63,940 nucleotides of DNA, filler included, from Gemmatimonadota bacterium (GCA_003697105.1; 4 parts of 4 records of this genome joined end to end with filler, not necessarily neighbours in it); one strand, 5' to 3'. Shown: positions 50,401-60,899, counted from the first letter of the whole stretch. A program made the numbers and translations. Notes: generated from the letters alone by a model not told the origin.

Positions 50401-50886
50401 GAAAACCCCAATCAGGGGGCATTTATCATTGAAGAATTGACCGAACTCGTGGAAGAGGCGGTTTTAAGTGAGTTTGAACGCATCTCGGACCGGGGAGGTG
50501 TCCTTGGTGCCATGGAAACCCAATATCAACGGGGTAAAATTCAGGAAGAATCGCTTTATTATGAACATCTTAAACACAGTGGAGCATTACCGATTGTCGG
50601 TGTCAATATGTTTTTGAACCCAACAGCGGATGATGTGGAAAAGGCAGATTCCATCGCACTTGCCCGTTCCTCCCAAGCAGAAAAGGATGCTCAAATCCGT
50701 AACTTGCGGGCATTTCAGGAACGGCACAAACAAGAAGCCCCTGCCGCTCTCCGGCGATTACAACAAGTGGCTCTCTCTCATGGCAATATTTTTGAAGAAC
50801 TGATGGAGACCGTTAAATACGCCAGTTTGGGACAGATAACCCACGCCCTGTATCAGGTCGGCGGTGAATATCGCCGGAATATGTAA
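47473..50886 (+). CDS. icmF: Fused isobutyryl-CoA mutase / GTPase IcmF
   Basis: B12-binding DGHDAS; MeaB GTPase [12 protein letters not shown] and NKFD; mutase RMFAGEG (Phe specificity residue), [20 protein letters not shown]; ends GGEYRRNM. Confidence 0.96.
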   Translation: MHITPYKSKHQIRFVTAAALFDGHDASINIMRRILQSSGAEVIHLGHNQAAEVVVDAAIQEDAQGIAVSSYQGGHMEFFKYMYDLLQKKGAGHIRIYGGGGGVIVPREIKELHAYGIARIFSPEDGRRMGLQGMINLMLEECDWVMNPWGDKNLPGLENGQKAGILAQELKQLNPTDVVKIAQFITFAENDTEETFHRALGLINGEMKTIPVLGITGTGGAGKSSLTDELVRRFLNDFEDKTVAVLSVDPSKRKTGGALLGDRIRMNAIRNPRCYMRSLATRDSKSELSHAIREAIAVTKMAGFDLIIVETSGIGQGDAEIIDIADISVYAMTPEYGAASQLEKIDMIDFADFIALNKFDRRGAEDALRDVRKQYQRSRQLFDKNVEEMPVYGTISSHFNDPGVNQLYLRLIDHLNGKFDLQWQSQITPEMCRRTEKDVIIPPDRTRYLSEIAHTVRNYKKWAQAQAEIASGLYQLYGALVMLGDEPPCRLGSYPKDATSDDPVIQALRDKWQENLDQLDKHCHKLLAGLPEFYQQYQGDEFVYQVRGKEFRVALVTESLSHLKIPKVCLPQYRDWGDVLAWRLLENVPGEFPYTAGVFPLKRTGEDPTRMFAGEGPPERTNKRFHYVSRDYTAKRLSTAFDSVTLYGEDPHERPDIYGKIGEGGVSIATLDDMKKLYAGFDLVSPHNSVSMTINGPAPTILAFFMNTAIDQLCTKWLVDNAKLPADALWLESSINVDTGEPFRVLADAWKYVPDEVYQELKACALQNVRGTVQADILKEDQAQNTCIFSTEFALKAMGDVQQYFIDQKVRNFYSVSISGYHIAEAGANPISQLAFTLANGFTYVEYYLSRGMDIDDFAPNLSYFFSNGLDPEYSVIGRVARRIWATAIKNKYGGNERSQKLKYHIQTSGRSLHAMEIDFNDIRTTLQALIAIYDNCNSLHTNAYDEAITTPTEESVRRALAIQMIINREFGLAKNENPNQGAFIIEELTELVEEAVLSEFERISDRGGVLGAMETQYQRGKIQEESLYYEHLKHSGALPIVGVNMFLNPTADDVEKADSIALARSSQAEKDAQIRNLRAFQERHKQEAPAALRRLQQVALSHGNIFEELMETVKYASLGQITHALYQVGGEYRRNM

Positions 50887-51060
50887 AGTACCCCCAGATT
50901 GGGGGGGGGTTCTAACGGTTGTTCTATGGATGAATCACTTTATAAGTGAATTGGTAATAACGTCTATTGACTTTGATGCTTTTGTTTCATATCTATGGCA
51001 GGCAATGACAATGCTTTGATTGCTGTATCTTTCCGATCCAATCCCGGGATTACCACTGGT

Positions 51061-51158
51061 GGAGGCGGGTGGGTTCTGGTGAACCCCGCGGGCTTCAAAC
51101 CCGTACGCGCGGTGCTAGTACCACCGTGGCTGTGTTCGATTCGCAGACGCCTCCGCCA
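51061..51158 (+). tRNA. selC: tRNA-Sec (anticodon UCA)
   Basis: Acceptor GGAGGCG/CGCCTCC-G-CCA; 6-bp D stem GGGTTC-TGGT-GAACCC; anticodon loop CT-TCA-AA (51095-51097); long variable arm; T arm CTGTG-TTCGATT-CGCAG. Confidence 0.95.
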
Positions 51159-51324
51159 TTCAGTATAACTCTCCTTCGATTAGAATTTCCGGTGGGTATT
51201 TGACTGCCACTCCGCCAAAGGCGTAAATTGGGTTGAAGTACCATCCGGGTAGCCCGCAAATCTGCATTATGGGGGGGGGTTCGCATTCACGAATGGCTCA
51301 ACGAACTTAATTTACGAGGAACTT

Positions 51325-52752
51325 ATGAACCCCGATGTGATCATTATTGGCGCCGGTCCTGCCGGATTAACTGCCGCCTACGAACTAATTCAACACAACC
51401 GGCAACCGTTGGTGCTGGAAAAACGGGATAAAGTCGGTGGTATTGCACGCACCGAAGAACATCAAGGTTACCGCTTTGATATGGGTGGTCACCGGTTTTA
51501 TACCAAAGTTAAGGAGATCGACCAACTTTGGCACGATATGCTGGGGGAAAATTTCATTAAGGTGCCGCGTTTATCGCGGATTTTTTATCACGGTAAATTT
51601 TACAATTATCCCCTGCAAATTAGCAATACCCTCAAAAATTTGGGTATTATCGAAAGTGGCTTAATTTTACTAAGTTATGTCAAAAGTAAGATTTTACCCC
51701 ACCCGAAGGAAGATACTTTTGAAGAGTGGGTCTCCAACCGGTTTGGGCGGCGGCTATTCCATACCTTTTTCCAAACATACACCGAAAAAGTGTGGGGGAT
51801 ACCCTGTAATCAAATTCGGGCAGATTGGGCGGCACAGCGAATCAAAAATTTATCCTTGCGGGTGGCAGTGCAAAATGCACTCTTTGGCGGCAATGGGGTT
51901 ACCTCCCTCATTGATGAATTTGATTACCCTGTGCTGGGTCCGGGTATGATGTGGGAACGGTTTCAACAGGTGATTGACCAACGGGGTGGGACAGTCCAAC
52001 TGAATGCGAATATCACCCGTATATGTCGCGAACAATTTCGCATTACCGGCGTCCAATTGGATTCGCATCCCGAACCCTTGACGGCACCCCATTACATCTC
52101 TTCCATGCCCCTGACTCAGTTGATCTTACGGTTGGACCCGCCTGCGCCCCAACAGGTGCGAAACGCGGCACAATCTCTTAGTTACCGGGCATTTATTTTG
52201 ATCGGTTTGGTTGTGGATCACCCCGATCTGTTTCCGGATAACTGGATTTATATCCATAGTCCAGAAGTCAAGGTGGGACGGATACAAAATTTCAAAAATT
52301 GGAGCCTTCAAATGGTGCCAGACCTGCAGAAAACGTCCATCGGAATGGAATATTTTTGTGATGAAAACGATGAACTGTGGCGCATGGCAGATGAGGCTCT
52401 CATCGACCTTGCCGGGCGGGAATTAGCTGAACTAGGCTTGGCAAAAGGTGCTCCTGTCCACGACGGGGTCGTATTCCGGCAACCCAAAGCCTATCCGGTG
52501 TATGACGACCAATACCGGCAACACGTGGAAACCATCCGCCGGTATCTTTCATCTTTTGAAAATCTACAAACCATTGGGCGTAACGGAATGCACCGCTACA
52601 ACAATCAAGATCATTCCATGCTAACCGGTCTGCTTGCCGTGCAAAATCTGGTCTTGGGTACAGACCACGATTTATGGGAGGTCAACACCGAGCGGTCGTA
52701 CTATGAAGAGTTTCAAGTAGGCACTAAAAATACCATGAATCCTGCCGGTTAG
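51325..52752 (+). CDS. FAD-dependent oxidoreductase (UDP-galactopyranose mutase/PPO-like)
   Basis: IIGAGPAGL, VGGIART, DMGGHRF, YTEKVWG, GRNGMHRYNNQDHSM. Confidence 0.88.
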   Translation: MNPDVIIIGAGPAGLTAAYELIQHNRQPLVLEKRDKVGGIARTEEHQGYRFDMGGHRFYTKVKEIDQLWHDMLGENFIKVPRLSRIFYHGKFYNYPLQISNTLKNLGIIESGLILLSYVKSKILPHPKEDTFEEWVSNRFGRRLFHTFFQTYTEKVWGIPCNQIRADWAAQRIKNLSLRVAVQNALFGGNGVTSLIDEFDYPVLGPGMMWERFQQVIDQRGGTVQLNANITRICREQFRITGVQLDSHPEPLTAPHYISSMPLTQLILRLDPPAPQQVRNAAQSLSYRAFILIGLVVDHPDLFPDNWIYIHSPEVKVGRIQNFKNWSLQMVPDLQKTSIGMEYFCDENDELWRMADEALIDLAGRELAELGLAKGAPVHDGVVFRQPKAYPVYDDQYRQHVETIRRYLSSFENLQTIGRNGMHRYNNQDHSMLTGLLAVQNLVLGTDHDLWEVNTERSYYEEFQVGTKNTMNPAG

Positions 52753-53906
52753 TTACGACGAGTTCGCCGGTGATAATCACGCCAATTTACGGTCTCTTTC
52801 CACGAAAATTTCCCCCATATCCCCAACACGCCCATACTCACTACGTACGGTATGTGCAAAATAAACCAGACCGGAAAGATCAGGAGTGTTTTCCGTTGTT
52901 TAAAGTGGAATGCTCCTAACGTGCAAAGAAGCGCATCCACCGCCAATTTGACTGCCCCCAACCGGAGATAATCGAACCAGTAACCAGCCAACCAAAACGA
53001 CACCACCGGATACCAAAACAGCAGGTTGCTCACCAAGGCAACTAAAGCTAAGAACGTGAAAAATAAGGGATTTAATTGTATTTGAGGCGTGCTATTGGAT
53101 GCCCAGCGGATGCGTTGACTAAGTAAGCGCTTCAGCGTGGGTTCGGCGTATGTTTGATTGAAACTAGCCGGATCGTCTGCAAACCGAATTTTCCAACGGG
53201 TGCGTTGCCGGATCAGTTGTAATAACAACACATCATCTCCCGAAAGCCGGTGCATCACTGCCGTAAATCCCCCCACCTCCTCGAACGCTTGCTTCCGGTA
53301 TGCTAAATTTCGACCCGATGCCCCGAAGGCATTACCTAACTGGCAAACTCCCCGTGCCGAGGTGACCATCGCTAAATAATCCATCATCTGCAAACGGTTG
53401 ATAAAATTAGGCTTGGTTTGACCTAGAGGAGGGATAACCGCCGTAAATCCCAGCACCATTCCCACACTGGGGTGGAAGGATTTGATTAGCCCGGCAACCC
53501 AACCCCGGCCGACACGACAGTCGGCATCCGTCGTGCAGATAATCTCGCCAGAGGCAACAGCAATTGCTTGAGTAAGAGCGTATTTTTTGGGGGAAATGCC
53601 TGCCGGAACAGCCTCAATGGAAAGAAACCGGAGGCGTGGAAACTGGGTTGAAACCGCCTCAAGGATCGCCAACGTGCCATCGGTGGAACGGTCATTGACC
53701 ACGATGACTTCAAAATTTGGATAGGTTTGGTGCTGTAAATCGGCTAATAAATGGGGAAGATGGCGTTCCTCGTTGCGTGCGGCAATCACCACAGAAACCG
53801 CGGGTTGCCCGGTGTAATCCGCTGGAGATTTCCGCAAAAAACCGGTGATAAATAAGAGAACCGTAACCGCGTAAGCCACGGTCAACATGAAGAATAACAG
53901 ACTCAA
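52749..53906 (-). CDS. Membrane GT2 glycosyltransferase
   Basis: VSVVIAARNEE, DRSTD, TDADC, SGDD, QRIRW; flanking TM helices. Confidence 0.9.
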   Translation of the reverse strand: MSLLFFMLTVAYAVTVLLFITGFLRKSPADYTGQPAVSVVIAARNEERHLPHLLADLQHQTYPNFEVIVVNDRSTDGTLAILEAVSTQFPRLRFLSIEAVPAGISPKKYALTQAIAVASGEIICTTDADCRVGRGWVAGLIKSFHPSVGMVLGFTAVIPPLGQTKPNFINRLQMMDYLAMVTSARGVCQLGNAFGASGRNLAYRKQAFEEVGGFTAVMHRLSGDDVLLLQLIRQRTRWKIRFADDPASFNQTYAEPTLKRLLSQRIRWASNSTPQIQLNPLFFTFLALVALVSNLLFWYPVVSFWLAGYWFDYLRLGAVKLAVDALLCTLGAFHFKQRKTLLIFPVWFILHIPYVVSMGVLGIWGKFSWKETVNWRDYHRRTRRN

Positions 53907-53963
53907 CGGCGGGATTCCTGTTTTTCCAGTTGGTACAAGCCATCGTCAATAACGGTCATGGTC

Positions 53964-55850
53964 TTACCGTTTTTGAAGATTGTATTTACGTTTGGGGGGT
54001 TCCTCCGGGGAGGTGTTGGGGGGGTTTGGCTTCGTCTGTTCGGCGGCTTCATGGAAATATTGCCAGATTGCCAGTGCCGCCGGCTTGGTCATTCCGTCCA
54101 CTTGCAACAGTTGTTCGACCGTAGCCCCTTTAACCCGGTTTACCGAACCGAAATGGCGCAGTAGTGCCGTTTTCCGTTTTTCACCGACCCCTTTGATGGC
54201 ATCTAATTCAGATGTTTTGTACCGTTTTTCCCGTAATTTCCGGTGATATTCAACACTGTACCGGTGGACTTCATCGCGCACTCGTTGGAGGAGATAGAGC
54301 GCGGGACTGGTGCGCGAAATCATAATAGGAAACGGTTTTCCCGGTAAAAAAACTTCTTCTCGCCGTTTTGCCAACCCGATGATATCCTGCGTTTCCACGT
54401 CAATACCGAGGGCTTGAAGTGCCTCGCACGCATGGGAAAGTTGTCCTTTGCCACCATCAATCAGGATTAAATCGGGCATCTCTTTTTTTTCTTCTAACAG
54501 CCGTTTGTAGCGCCGGGAGACCGCTTCTTTTATCATTTCAAAATCATCGGGACCCGTGGTAGTCATTTTGAAGCGACGGTATTCCCCTTTACGGGGTTGT
54601 CCATTCTCAAAATAAACCATTCCAGCCACGGCATCTGTACCTTGCAAGTTGGAAATATCAAAAGCTTCGATCACGCGGGGTAACTTCTTTAACTTTAATG
54701 CTTTTTGCAGTTCATGCACGGATTTTGGCACGCGTTTTTTGCGCTTATCTTTTTGAATTTTATGACCTTCCAAGATGATGCGGGCGTTTTCTTCTGCCAT
54801 CAATACCAAATTTAATTTTTTGCCCCGTTGGGGGTAGAACACGGTCACTTTTTTTCCGCGTCGTTCGGAAAGCCACGCCAAGAATGCCGCTTCTTCCACG
54901 AGGGGATATTGCAAAATCACCTCATCTGGGACGAGTTGCGCCCGAAGATAGTACTGCTGGGCAAAGGCCGCGAAAATTTCGGTGCGGGGGGTATCCATCG
55001 CACCGGTTAAAAAGTAGTGAACTTTGCCCAGTAACCGTCCTTCGCGCACTTGCAACACCACCCCGCAAATATCATCCCCGTCAACGGCAATTGCCAGTAC
55101 ATCCCGGTCGGCAATATCGGCGGAGACAATCTTCTGTTTCTGTTTAATATCCTCAATGGCGCGGATTTGATCCCGGAAGCGTGCCGCTTTTTCATATTCT
55201 TTATTATCAGCCGCCGCCCACATCCGTTTTTTCAGGCTTTCCAACAGGTCGGTTGTTTTGCCGGACAAAAACGTGCAGATTTCCTCAACCATGTGGGCAT
55301 AATCCGCCGGATCACACAGATGTTCGCACGGTGCGATACAGCGATTGATATGGTACATCAAGCATGATTTTTTCGGCATGGGATTATCGCACGTTCGGAT
55401 CGGAAACACCTTTTGGATGGTATCCACCAACTGCCGCATTGCCGTGCTGTATGTAAAGGGGCCAAAATAGCGGGCACCATCTTTGTTATCCACCCGGCGG
55501 ACGATCACAATTCGGGGATAGGTTTCGTTCGTGGTCACTTTGATGTATGGTTGTCGCTTATCATCCTTCAACATGATGTTGTAACGGGGGCTATGCCGCT
55601 TGATCAGTTGGGCTTCCAGCACGAGGGCTTCTTTTTCGGAGCCGGTGACGATGTACTCAAACGTGGCGATATTCTTCCGCAAGGCATCCAATTTCGGGTC
55701 GCCTTTGCGGGACTGCTGGAAGTAGGAGCGCACCCGATTCTTGAGGACTTTTGCTTTACCGATGTAAATGATCGTCCCTTCGCGGTCCCGGAACAGATAG
55801 CATCCGGGATAATCCGGTAGTGCCGCCAGTTTATCTGCTAAAGTTGACAT
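53964..55850 (-). CDS. uvrC: Excinuclease ABC subunit C
   Basis: GIY-YIG GCYLF...IYIGKAK.LKNRV, UVR domain, FDISN, PDLILIDGGKGQL, HhH IKGVGEKR. Confidence 0.97.
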   Translation of the reverse strand: MSTLADKLAALPDYPGCYLFRDREGTIIYIGKAKVLKNRVRSYFQQSRKGDPKLDALRKNIATFEYIVTGSEKEALVLEAQLIKRHSPRYNIMLKDDKRQPYIKVTTNETYPRIVIVRRVDNKDGARYFGPFTYSTAMRQLVDTIQKVFPIRTCDNPMPKKSCLMYHINRCIAPCEHLCDPADYAHMVEEICTFLSGKTTDLLESLKKRMWAAADNKEYEKAARFRDQIRAIEDIKQKQKIVSADIADRDVLAIAVDGDDICGVVLQVREGRLLGKVHYFLTGAMDTPRTEIFAAFAQQYYLRAQLVPDEVILQYPLVEEAAFLAWLSERRGKKVTVFYPQRGKKLNLVLMAEENARIILEGHKIQKDKRKKRVPKSVHELQKALKLKKLPRVIEAFDISNLQGTDAVAGMVYFENGQPRKGEYRRFKMTTTGPDDFEMIKEAVSRRYKRLLEEKKEMPDLILIDGGKGQLSHACEALQALGIDVETQDIIGLAKRREEVFLPGKPFPIMISRTSPALYLLQRVRDEVHRYSVEYHRKLREKRYKTSELDAIKGVGEKRKTALLRHFGSVNRVKGATVEQLLQVDGMTKPAALAIWQYFHEAAEQTKPNPPNTSPEEPPKRKYNLQKR

Positions 55851-55895
55851 GAGCCTCGATGTATAAAAGATGTAAAGGATGAAAACCTGCCCCTG

Positions 55896-55923
55896 ATTAT
55901 AACATTTCGTCTCTATTCGTCAA
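55896..55923 (-). promoter_or_regulatory. uvrC promoter
   Basis: TTGACG-N16-TATAAT with extended -10 TG. Confidence 0.65.
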
Positions 55924-55931
55924 TATCAAAC

Positions 55932-55959
55932 TTGACATTCTCAATCAGATGTGTATAAT
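55932..55959 (+). promoter_or_regulatory. Promoter of the kinase-STAND-TPR gene
   Basis: TTGACA-N16-TATAAT. Confidence 0.72.
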
Positions 55960-55997
55960 CGGGGCACTTCTTGCCGAAACCTCAATTCATACACAAA

Positions 55998-58900
55998 ATG
56001 ATGATGATCGACTATCGATACCAGATTATAAAACCGCTCGGGCGTGGCGGGATGGGCAGTGTCTATTTAGCAGAGGATCACCTCCTACATCGCCGGGTCG
56101 CGCTGAAGATGCTTCACTCTAAGTATTTGCGTACCAATGAGGTCGATCAATTTCGGAGTGAATTTCAGGTGATGACACGCCTCAAGCATCCCAATTTAGC
56201 CCGGGTCTATGACTTTGGCTATGATGAGGTGGGGCACGAATATTTTCTGACGATGGAATATTGCCCGGGTCAGACCCTCAAAAACCACTTTACCGCTCCG
56301 GGCACCATCACATCTCAAACCATTCTTGATATTTTTGTACCGCTTCTCCGAGCGATTGAATTTATCCACAGCCGGAATATCCTTCACCGCGATCTAAAAC
56401 CCTCCAATATCATGATCCATCAGGGACATATCAAAGTGATGGATTTTGGGCTATCGGAGTTGAGATCAGCGGAAAAACATACCAGTCGAGGTACGTTGAT
56501 GTACTTGGCACCGGAAATTGTGCATAGTAAACCCGCGGATGCCTCCGCCGATATTTTTGCTCTGGGTCTGACCCTATTTGAGCTCCTGACCGGAGAAACC
56601 TTCTACCACCGCTATGCCATACATGACCGCGACACCGGTCTTCCGATGCCCATGTGGATGGCATTACCCTTACTTGCCGACGCCGAAAAATTCACCGCCT
56701 ACCAAAACCAGACCTTACAACTGGTCGAATCCCAAATCTGGCGAGATATTCTCCGCCGGATGACCGCTTACCATCCAACAGATCGATATTCCCAGTGTAC
56801 AGACATCTTGATGGACTTAAACCAGACCTTACAGTTAAACATTGAACTGGAGACGAAAACTACCCGTGAAGCCTACGTTCTGGGAGCAGAGTTTATCGGG
56901 CGAGAAAGGGAATTTCAGCAGGTGGTTGGATGGCTCGACCATCCCGACAGTGGGAAAAAAGCGTTGCTCGTCCACGGTGACGCCGGAATTGGTAAAAGCC
57001 GGCTATTTGAAGAATTCCGCTATCACTGCCAGCTTCAAAATCTGATTTTTATGCAAAGTGATAGCGTGGAGCAGGGACAGCACAACTTCGGAGCATTTTT
57101 GCCGTTGATTAGTGAGGTGCTTCTCCAAGCGACACCTTCCCAAATTGAGAAATACGGTGCCGATCTCAAAAAAATTCTCCCCCTACATCGCCAACTGAAA
57201 CATATCAGAGTCAGCCCCTCCAGCGATCCGCAGACGGAGCGCCAGATTTTGATCTACGTGATCGTGGACGTGTTGTTGGATTATGCCCGGCACCAAAACC
57301 GCCGCATCATTCTCTATCTGAATGACGGTCAGTGGTTTGATGAGACGAGCTTGCAAACGTTACAGGAACTTCTTTGCCAGCTCGAGTCGGTGGAGGAAGA
57401 CCTACCCCTGCGGGTATATGTAAGCAGTCGTGAAAGTGGTATGGCGTTGTTTACTCCCCTAATAAAAAAGGGGCAAATGCAGGATTTGGCATTGAGTTCC
57501 TTCACACCGGAGCATGTACAGCGCTACTTGGCGGCGATTTTTGGTAAAGGGAATATCGCTAAACATCTGAAGGACGCCATCCCAGACATTCAAAACCGGG
57601 TGGGGGGAAATCCCTTTTTCTTGCAAGAGCTGATCAAATCGTTGGTTGAGCGGGAGTTCATCTGCCGCACAACCCGGCAGTGGGAATTGGTTCAGCCCAT
57701 CGATCAAGTAGAAGTACCTGCGAAGCTAACCGACCTGTTGGCAAGCCGGTTGCACCATCTGAATCTACCCCCCCATCAAAATGATGCGTTACACATATTA
57801 AGTGTGTTGCACCATGCCCCGGATTTGATGGAATTCCAAACGCTGGTAGCCGTCTCCCCAGCAGACCTTTTCCAATTAGAACGATTGGAATTGGTGCGCC
57901 TCGAAAAAACGGAAGACAGCATCCGGTATCATCTTGCCCATGATCTAATTCGAGAGACAATTACAGCCCAGATTGAAGACGTGACGGCATTACATCTCCA
58001 TGTGGCAACCTGTCTCGAAACCTTTCACCACGATAATTTAGCACCATTTTATGCTGAATTGGCGCATCATTATGTTCAGGCGGAAGCGCGAGAAAAAGCC
58101 ATTGAATACCTAGAAAAAGCCGGGGATCAGGCAAAAGCAAACTACCAGAACAAAGAAGCGCTTCAATTTTATGATCAATTGCTCCAGTTCTACAAATCAG
58201 CCCCCAATGATGAAAACCACGCCATTGAAGTCATGCTCCGTAAAGGCAATATTTTAAATCTGATTGGCGAATGGGACACCGCAGAAGCCATTTATCGAGA
58301 GGGTATTACCCGTTCGGGACGTATCGGAGCAGAACGCCTGAAGAGCAATTTTTTGGGAGCGTTGGGAGCACTGTTAAAGAATCGCAGCCAATTTGAAGAA
58401 GCGTTGGAATGCCACCGTCAGGCGTTAACCATCCGCGAACAGCTCCATGATACGCCGGCAATGGCGCGTTCGATGCTGGAAATCATCACAATCTATCAGG
58501 CTCAAGCCAACTACGAGGAAGCACTTCGTCTTGCCGAAAAACAGCAACGCTTGAGTCAGGAAGCCAACGACCGTATTGCTTGTTTCAAAGTGTTAAAGGT
58601 TCTTGGAATCATCCATTACAGTATCGGCAACTATAGCCAAGCACTGGACTTTTTCCAGCAACAGCTCGCCATGATGCAACAATATGAATCCATGTTAGCA
58701 ACCCCGAACCATTATGCAAACGTCTATGGACATCTAGGAGCCTGTTACGTTGAACTGGATCAGCTCGAAGAAGCATTAAAATACGTTACGTTGGAACTTC
58801 GATATTTTGAAAAAATGAATGACCGGTTAGGGATTTCCTATGCGTTAGAAACCCTTGCCATGATCCACCACCGCCAAGGACATTTGGCAGAGGCGCTTCG

Positions 58901-59741
58901 CATCTACCGCGACCAACGTCAAGTGAGCATAGAACTGGGGGATGTTGAGGGCAACCTGATTGCGGAACTGAATATCGGCTCCTTACTCTATGAACAAGGG
59001 GCGTATGAAGCGAGTTTAACGCATTCGTTTAAAGCACTGGAGTTGGCGGAACAGATCCATCACCGCCGGGTACTGCCCACCATTAATGGAAATATCGGTG
59101 AAATCTATCGCTTAATGGGGAAAATTGATTCCGCCAAACATTACATCGAGCGCCAAATTCAATGGGAACGAGAATTGGGGCAAAAAACCGGACTTTCCAT
59201 CGGATTGGATAATCGGGCAAAGATATATTATCAGGATGGACAATATGAGCGTGCTCTAGATGATTTTACGAAAGCTATTGACCTTGGACGGGAAACCCAG
59301 ATACCCTATTACTTGTGCAGTTACCTTATTCATAAAGCCACCGTGCTTTATCACCTAAAAAATTACCCCCAAGCGACGGTCCTGAACCAAGAAGGGCTCC
59401 AACTCGCTGAGAGGGTCAAACGCACCGAGTACAGCTTCAAAGGCAAACGGCTCCAATTAAAAATTGATTATGCCTGCCAAAAACTCACCAAAGAGGACGT
59501 AATTACTTACTACCAACTGATGCGGAAAGAATACCCGCAGCCACAGGAACAAGCGGATATCTACTATGAGTTGTATTGCCTTACCCAAGAGCCAACCTAC
59601 GCCATTACCGCCCTTAATTTGTATCAAGACCTTTACCAGCAGACCCCCAAAATTGCTTACCAGCAACGTGCCGAAAACCTTCGCACAGCGCTTGCCGCTC
59701 CTTCCGAAAATATAATTGACAATCCTCTTGAATTCTACTAA
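55998..59741 (+). CDS. Ser/Thr kinase - AAA/STAND ATPase - TPR protein
   Basis: LGRGGMGSVY, VALK, HRDLKPSN, DFG, APE; FIGRERE, Walker A GDAGIGKS, GGNPFFLQE, HDLIRE; long TPR array. Confidence 0.92.
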   Translation: MMMIDYRYQIIKPLGRGGMGSVYLAEDHLLHRRVALKMLHSKYLRTNEVDQFRSEFQVMTRLKHPNLARVYDFGYDEVGHEYFLTMEYCPGQTLKNHFTAPGTITSQTILDIFVPLLRAIEFIHSRNILHRDLKPSNIMIHQGHIKVMDFGLSELRSAEKHTSRGTLMYLAPEIVHSKPADASADIFALGLTLFELLTGETFYHRYAIHDRDTGLPMPMWMALPLLADAEKFTAYQNQTLQLVESQIWRDILRRMTAYHPTDRYSQCTDILMDLNQTLQLNIELETKTTREAYVLGAEFIGREREFQQVVGWLDHPDSGKKALLVHGDAGIGKSRLFEEFRYHCQLQNLIFMQSDSVEQGQHNFGAFLPLISEVLLQATPSQIEKYGADLKKILPLHRQLKHIRVSPSSDPQTERQILIYVIVDVLLDYARHQNRRIILYLNDGQWFDETSLQTLQELLCQLESVEEDLPLRVYVSSRESGMALFTPLIKKGQMQDLALSSFTPEHVQRYLAAIFGKGNIAKHLKDAIPDIQNRVGGNPFFLQELIKSLVEREFICRTTRQWELVQPIDQVEVPAKLTDLLASRLHHLNLPPHQNDALHILSVLHHAPDLMEFQTLVAVSPADLFQLERLELVRLEKTEDSIRYHLAHDLIRETITAQIEDVTALHLHVATCLETFHHDNLAPFYAELAHHYVQAEAREKAIEYLEKAGDQAKANYQNKEALQFYDQLLQFYKSAPNDENHAIEVMLRKGNILNLIGEWDTAEAIYREGITRSGRIGAERLKSNFLGALGALLKNRSQFEEALECHRQALTIREQLHDTPAMARSMLEIITIYQAQANYEEALRLAEKQQRLSQEANDRIACFKVLKVLGIIHYSIGNYSQALDFFQQQLAMMQQYESMLATPNHYANVYGHLGACYVELDQLEEALKYVTLELRYFEKMNDRLGISYALETLAMIHHRQGHLAEALRIYRDQRQVSIELGDVEGNLIAELNIGSLLYEQGAYEASLTHSFKALELAEQIHHRRVLPTINGNIGEIYRLMGKIDSAKHYIERQIQWERELGQKTGLSIGLDNRAKIYYQDGQYERALDDFTKAIDLGRETQIPYYLCSYLIHKATVLYHLKNYPQATVLNQEGLQLAERVKRTEYSFKGKRLQLKIDYACQKLTKEDVITYYQLMRKEYPQPQEQADIYYELYCLTQEPTYAITALNLYQDLYQQTPKIAYQQRAENLRTALAAPSENIIDNPLEFY

Positions 59742-59780
59742 CATAAACGATTCCCACAGGCGATGAAACCCCCTGTTTCC

Positions 59781-59880
59781 NNNNNNNNNNNNNNNNNNNN
59801 NNNNNNNNNNNNNNNNNNNNNNNNTTAATTAATTAANNNNNNNNNNNNNNNNNNNNNNNNNNNNNNNNNNNNNNNNNNNN
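59781..59880. other. Artificial contig linker
   Basis: 44 N + TTAATTAATTAA + 44 N. Confidence 0.98.
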
Positions 59881-59931
59881 CTATAAATTAACTCATTTTT
59901 GTCTTAAATATTTTTTGGAAGGAGCATTACG

Positions 59932-60837
59932 ATGCACCAACTCACTTCAACTTCTAAAATTGGCTGGATTGGCACCGGTGTAATGGGGCGTTCCATGTGC
60001 GAGCACATTTTGGATGCAGGTTATCCGGTCACCGTATTTACCCGCACCCCGGCAAAAGCCCAATCACTGCTGGAAAAAGGCGCTATCTGGGCGGATTCTC
60101 CCCAACAGGTGGCAGAAACTTCCGAGATTATTTTTAGTATGGTGGGGTATCCTGTGGATGTACGGGCGGTTTATTTGGGGGAAACGGGGATTCTTCGCGG
60201 GGCAACACCCGGCACAATTGCCATTGATATGACCACTACCCAGCCGAGTTTAGCCCAAGAGATTTACCAACATGCCCGGCAAAAAGACATCTATACCTTG
60301 GACGCGCCCGTCTCCGGTGGGGATGTGGGCGCCAAGAATGGCACGCTTTCGATCATGATTGGTGGGGATAAAATGGCAGTGGACACCGTGATGCCGCTCT
60401 TCCAATTGCTGGGCAAAACGATGGTTTATCAGGGCGAAGCTGGTGCGGGGCAACATGCAAAAATGTGCAACCAAATTGCCATCGCCGGCACAATGATTGG
60501 TGTTTGCGAGAGCTTGCTCTACGGCTACAAAGCCGGCTTGGATTTAGAAACCATGTTGCAATCCATCCGCGGGGGTGCTGCCGCTTGCTGGACGCTGGAT
60601 AACCTGGCACCGCGCATCCTACAACGGAATTTTGACCCCGGTTTTTTTGTGGATCATTTTGTCAAGGATATGGCAATTGCGTTAGATGAAGCCCGCCGGA
60701 TGAATCTCTCGTTGCCCGGCTTAGCCCTAGTACACCAGTTGTATGTGGCGGTACAGGCGCAGGGGCACGGCTTGAAAGGCACACATGCCCTCACCCGTGC
60801 CTTGGAACACATCAATGGCATCACGCCAACGACTTGA
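59932..60837 (+). CDS. Beta-hydroxyacid dehydrogenase (3-hydroxyisobutyrate dehydrogenase family)
   Basis: [18 protein letters not shown]-x2-NQ, F...HFVKD. Confidence 0.92.
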   Translation: MHQLTSTSKIGWIGTGVMGRSMCEHILDAGYPVTVFTRTPAKAQSLLEKGAIWADSPQQVAETSEIIFSMVGYPVDVRAVYLGETGILRGATPGTIAIDMTTTQPSLAQEIYQHARQKDIYTLDAPVSGGDVGAKNGTLSIMIGGDKMAVDTVMPLFQLLGKTMVYQGEAGAGQHAKMCNQIAIAGTMIGVCESLLYGYKAGLDLETMLQSIRGGAAACWTLDNLAPRILQRNFDPGFFVDHFVKDMAIALDEARRMNLSLPGLALVHQLYVAVQAQGHGLKGTHALTRALEHINGITPTT

Positions 60838-60899
60838 AACATAAGCTAGTTCCCCTGTAGTGCGTTCAAAGGTGTCTAATTTTTCCGGCGATAACGCCG

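Noticed and set aside
51159-51324. Genomic island integrated at selC (CTCCGCCA recurs near 51210)
   Set aside because: Match is only about 8 bp and no integrase follows
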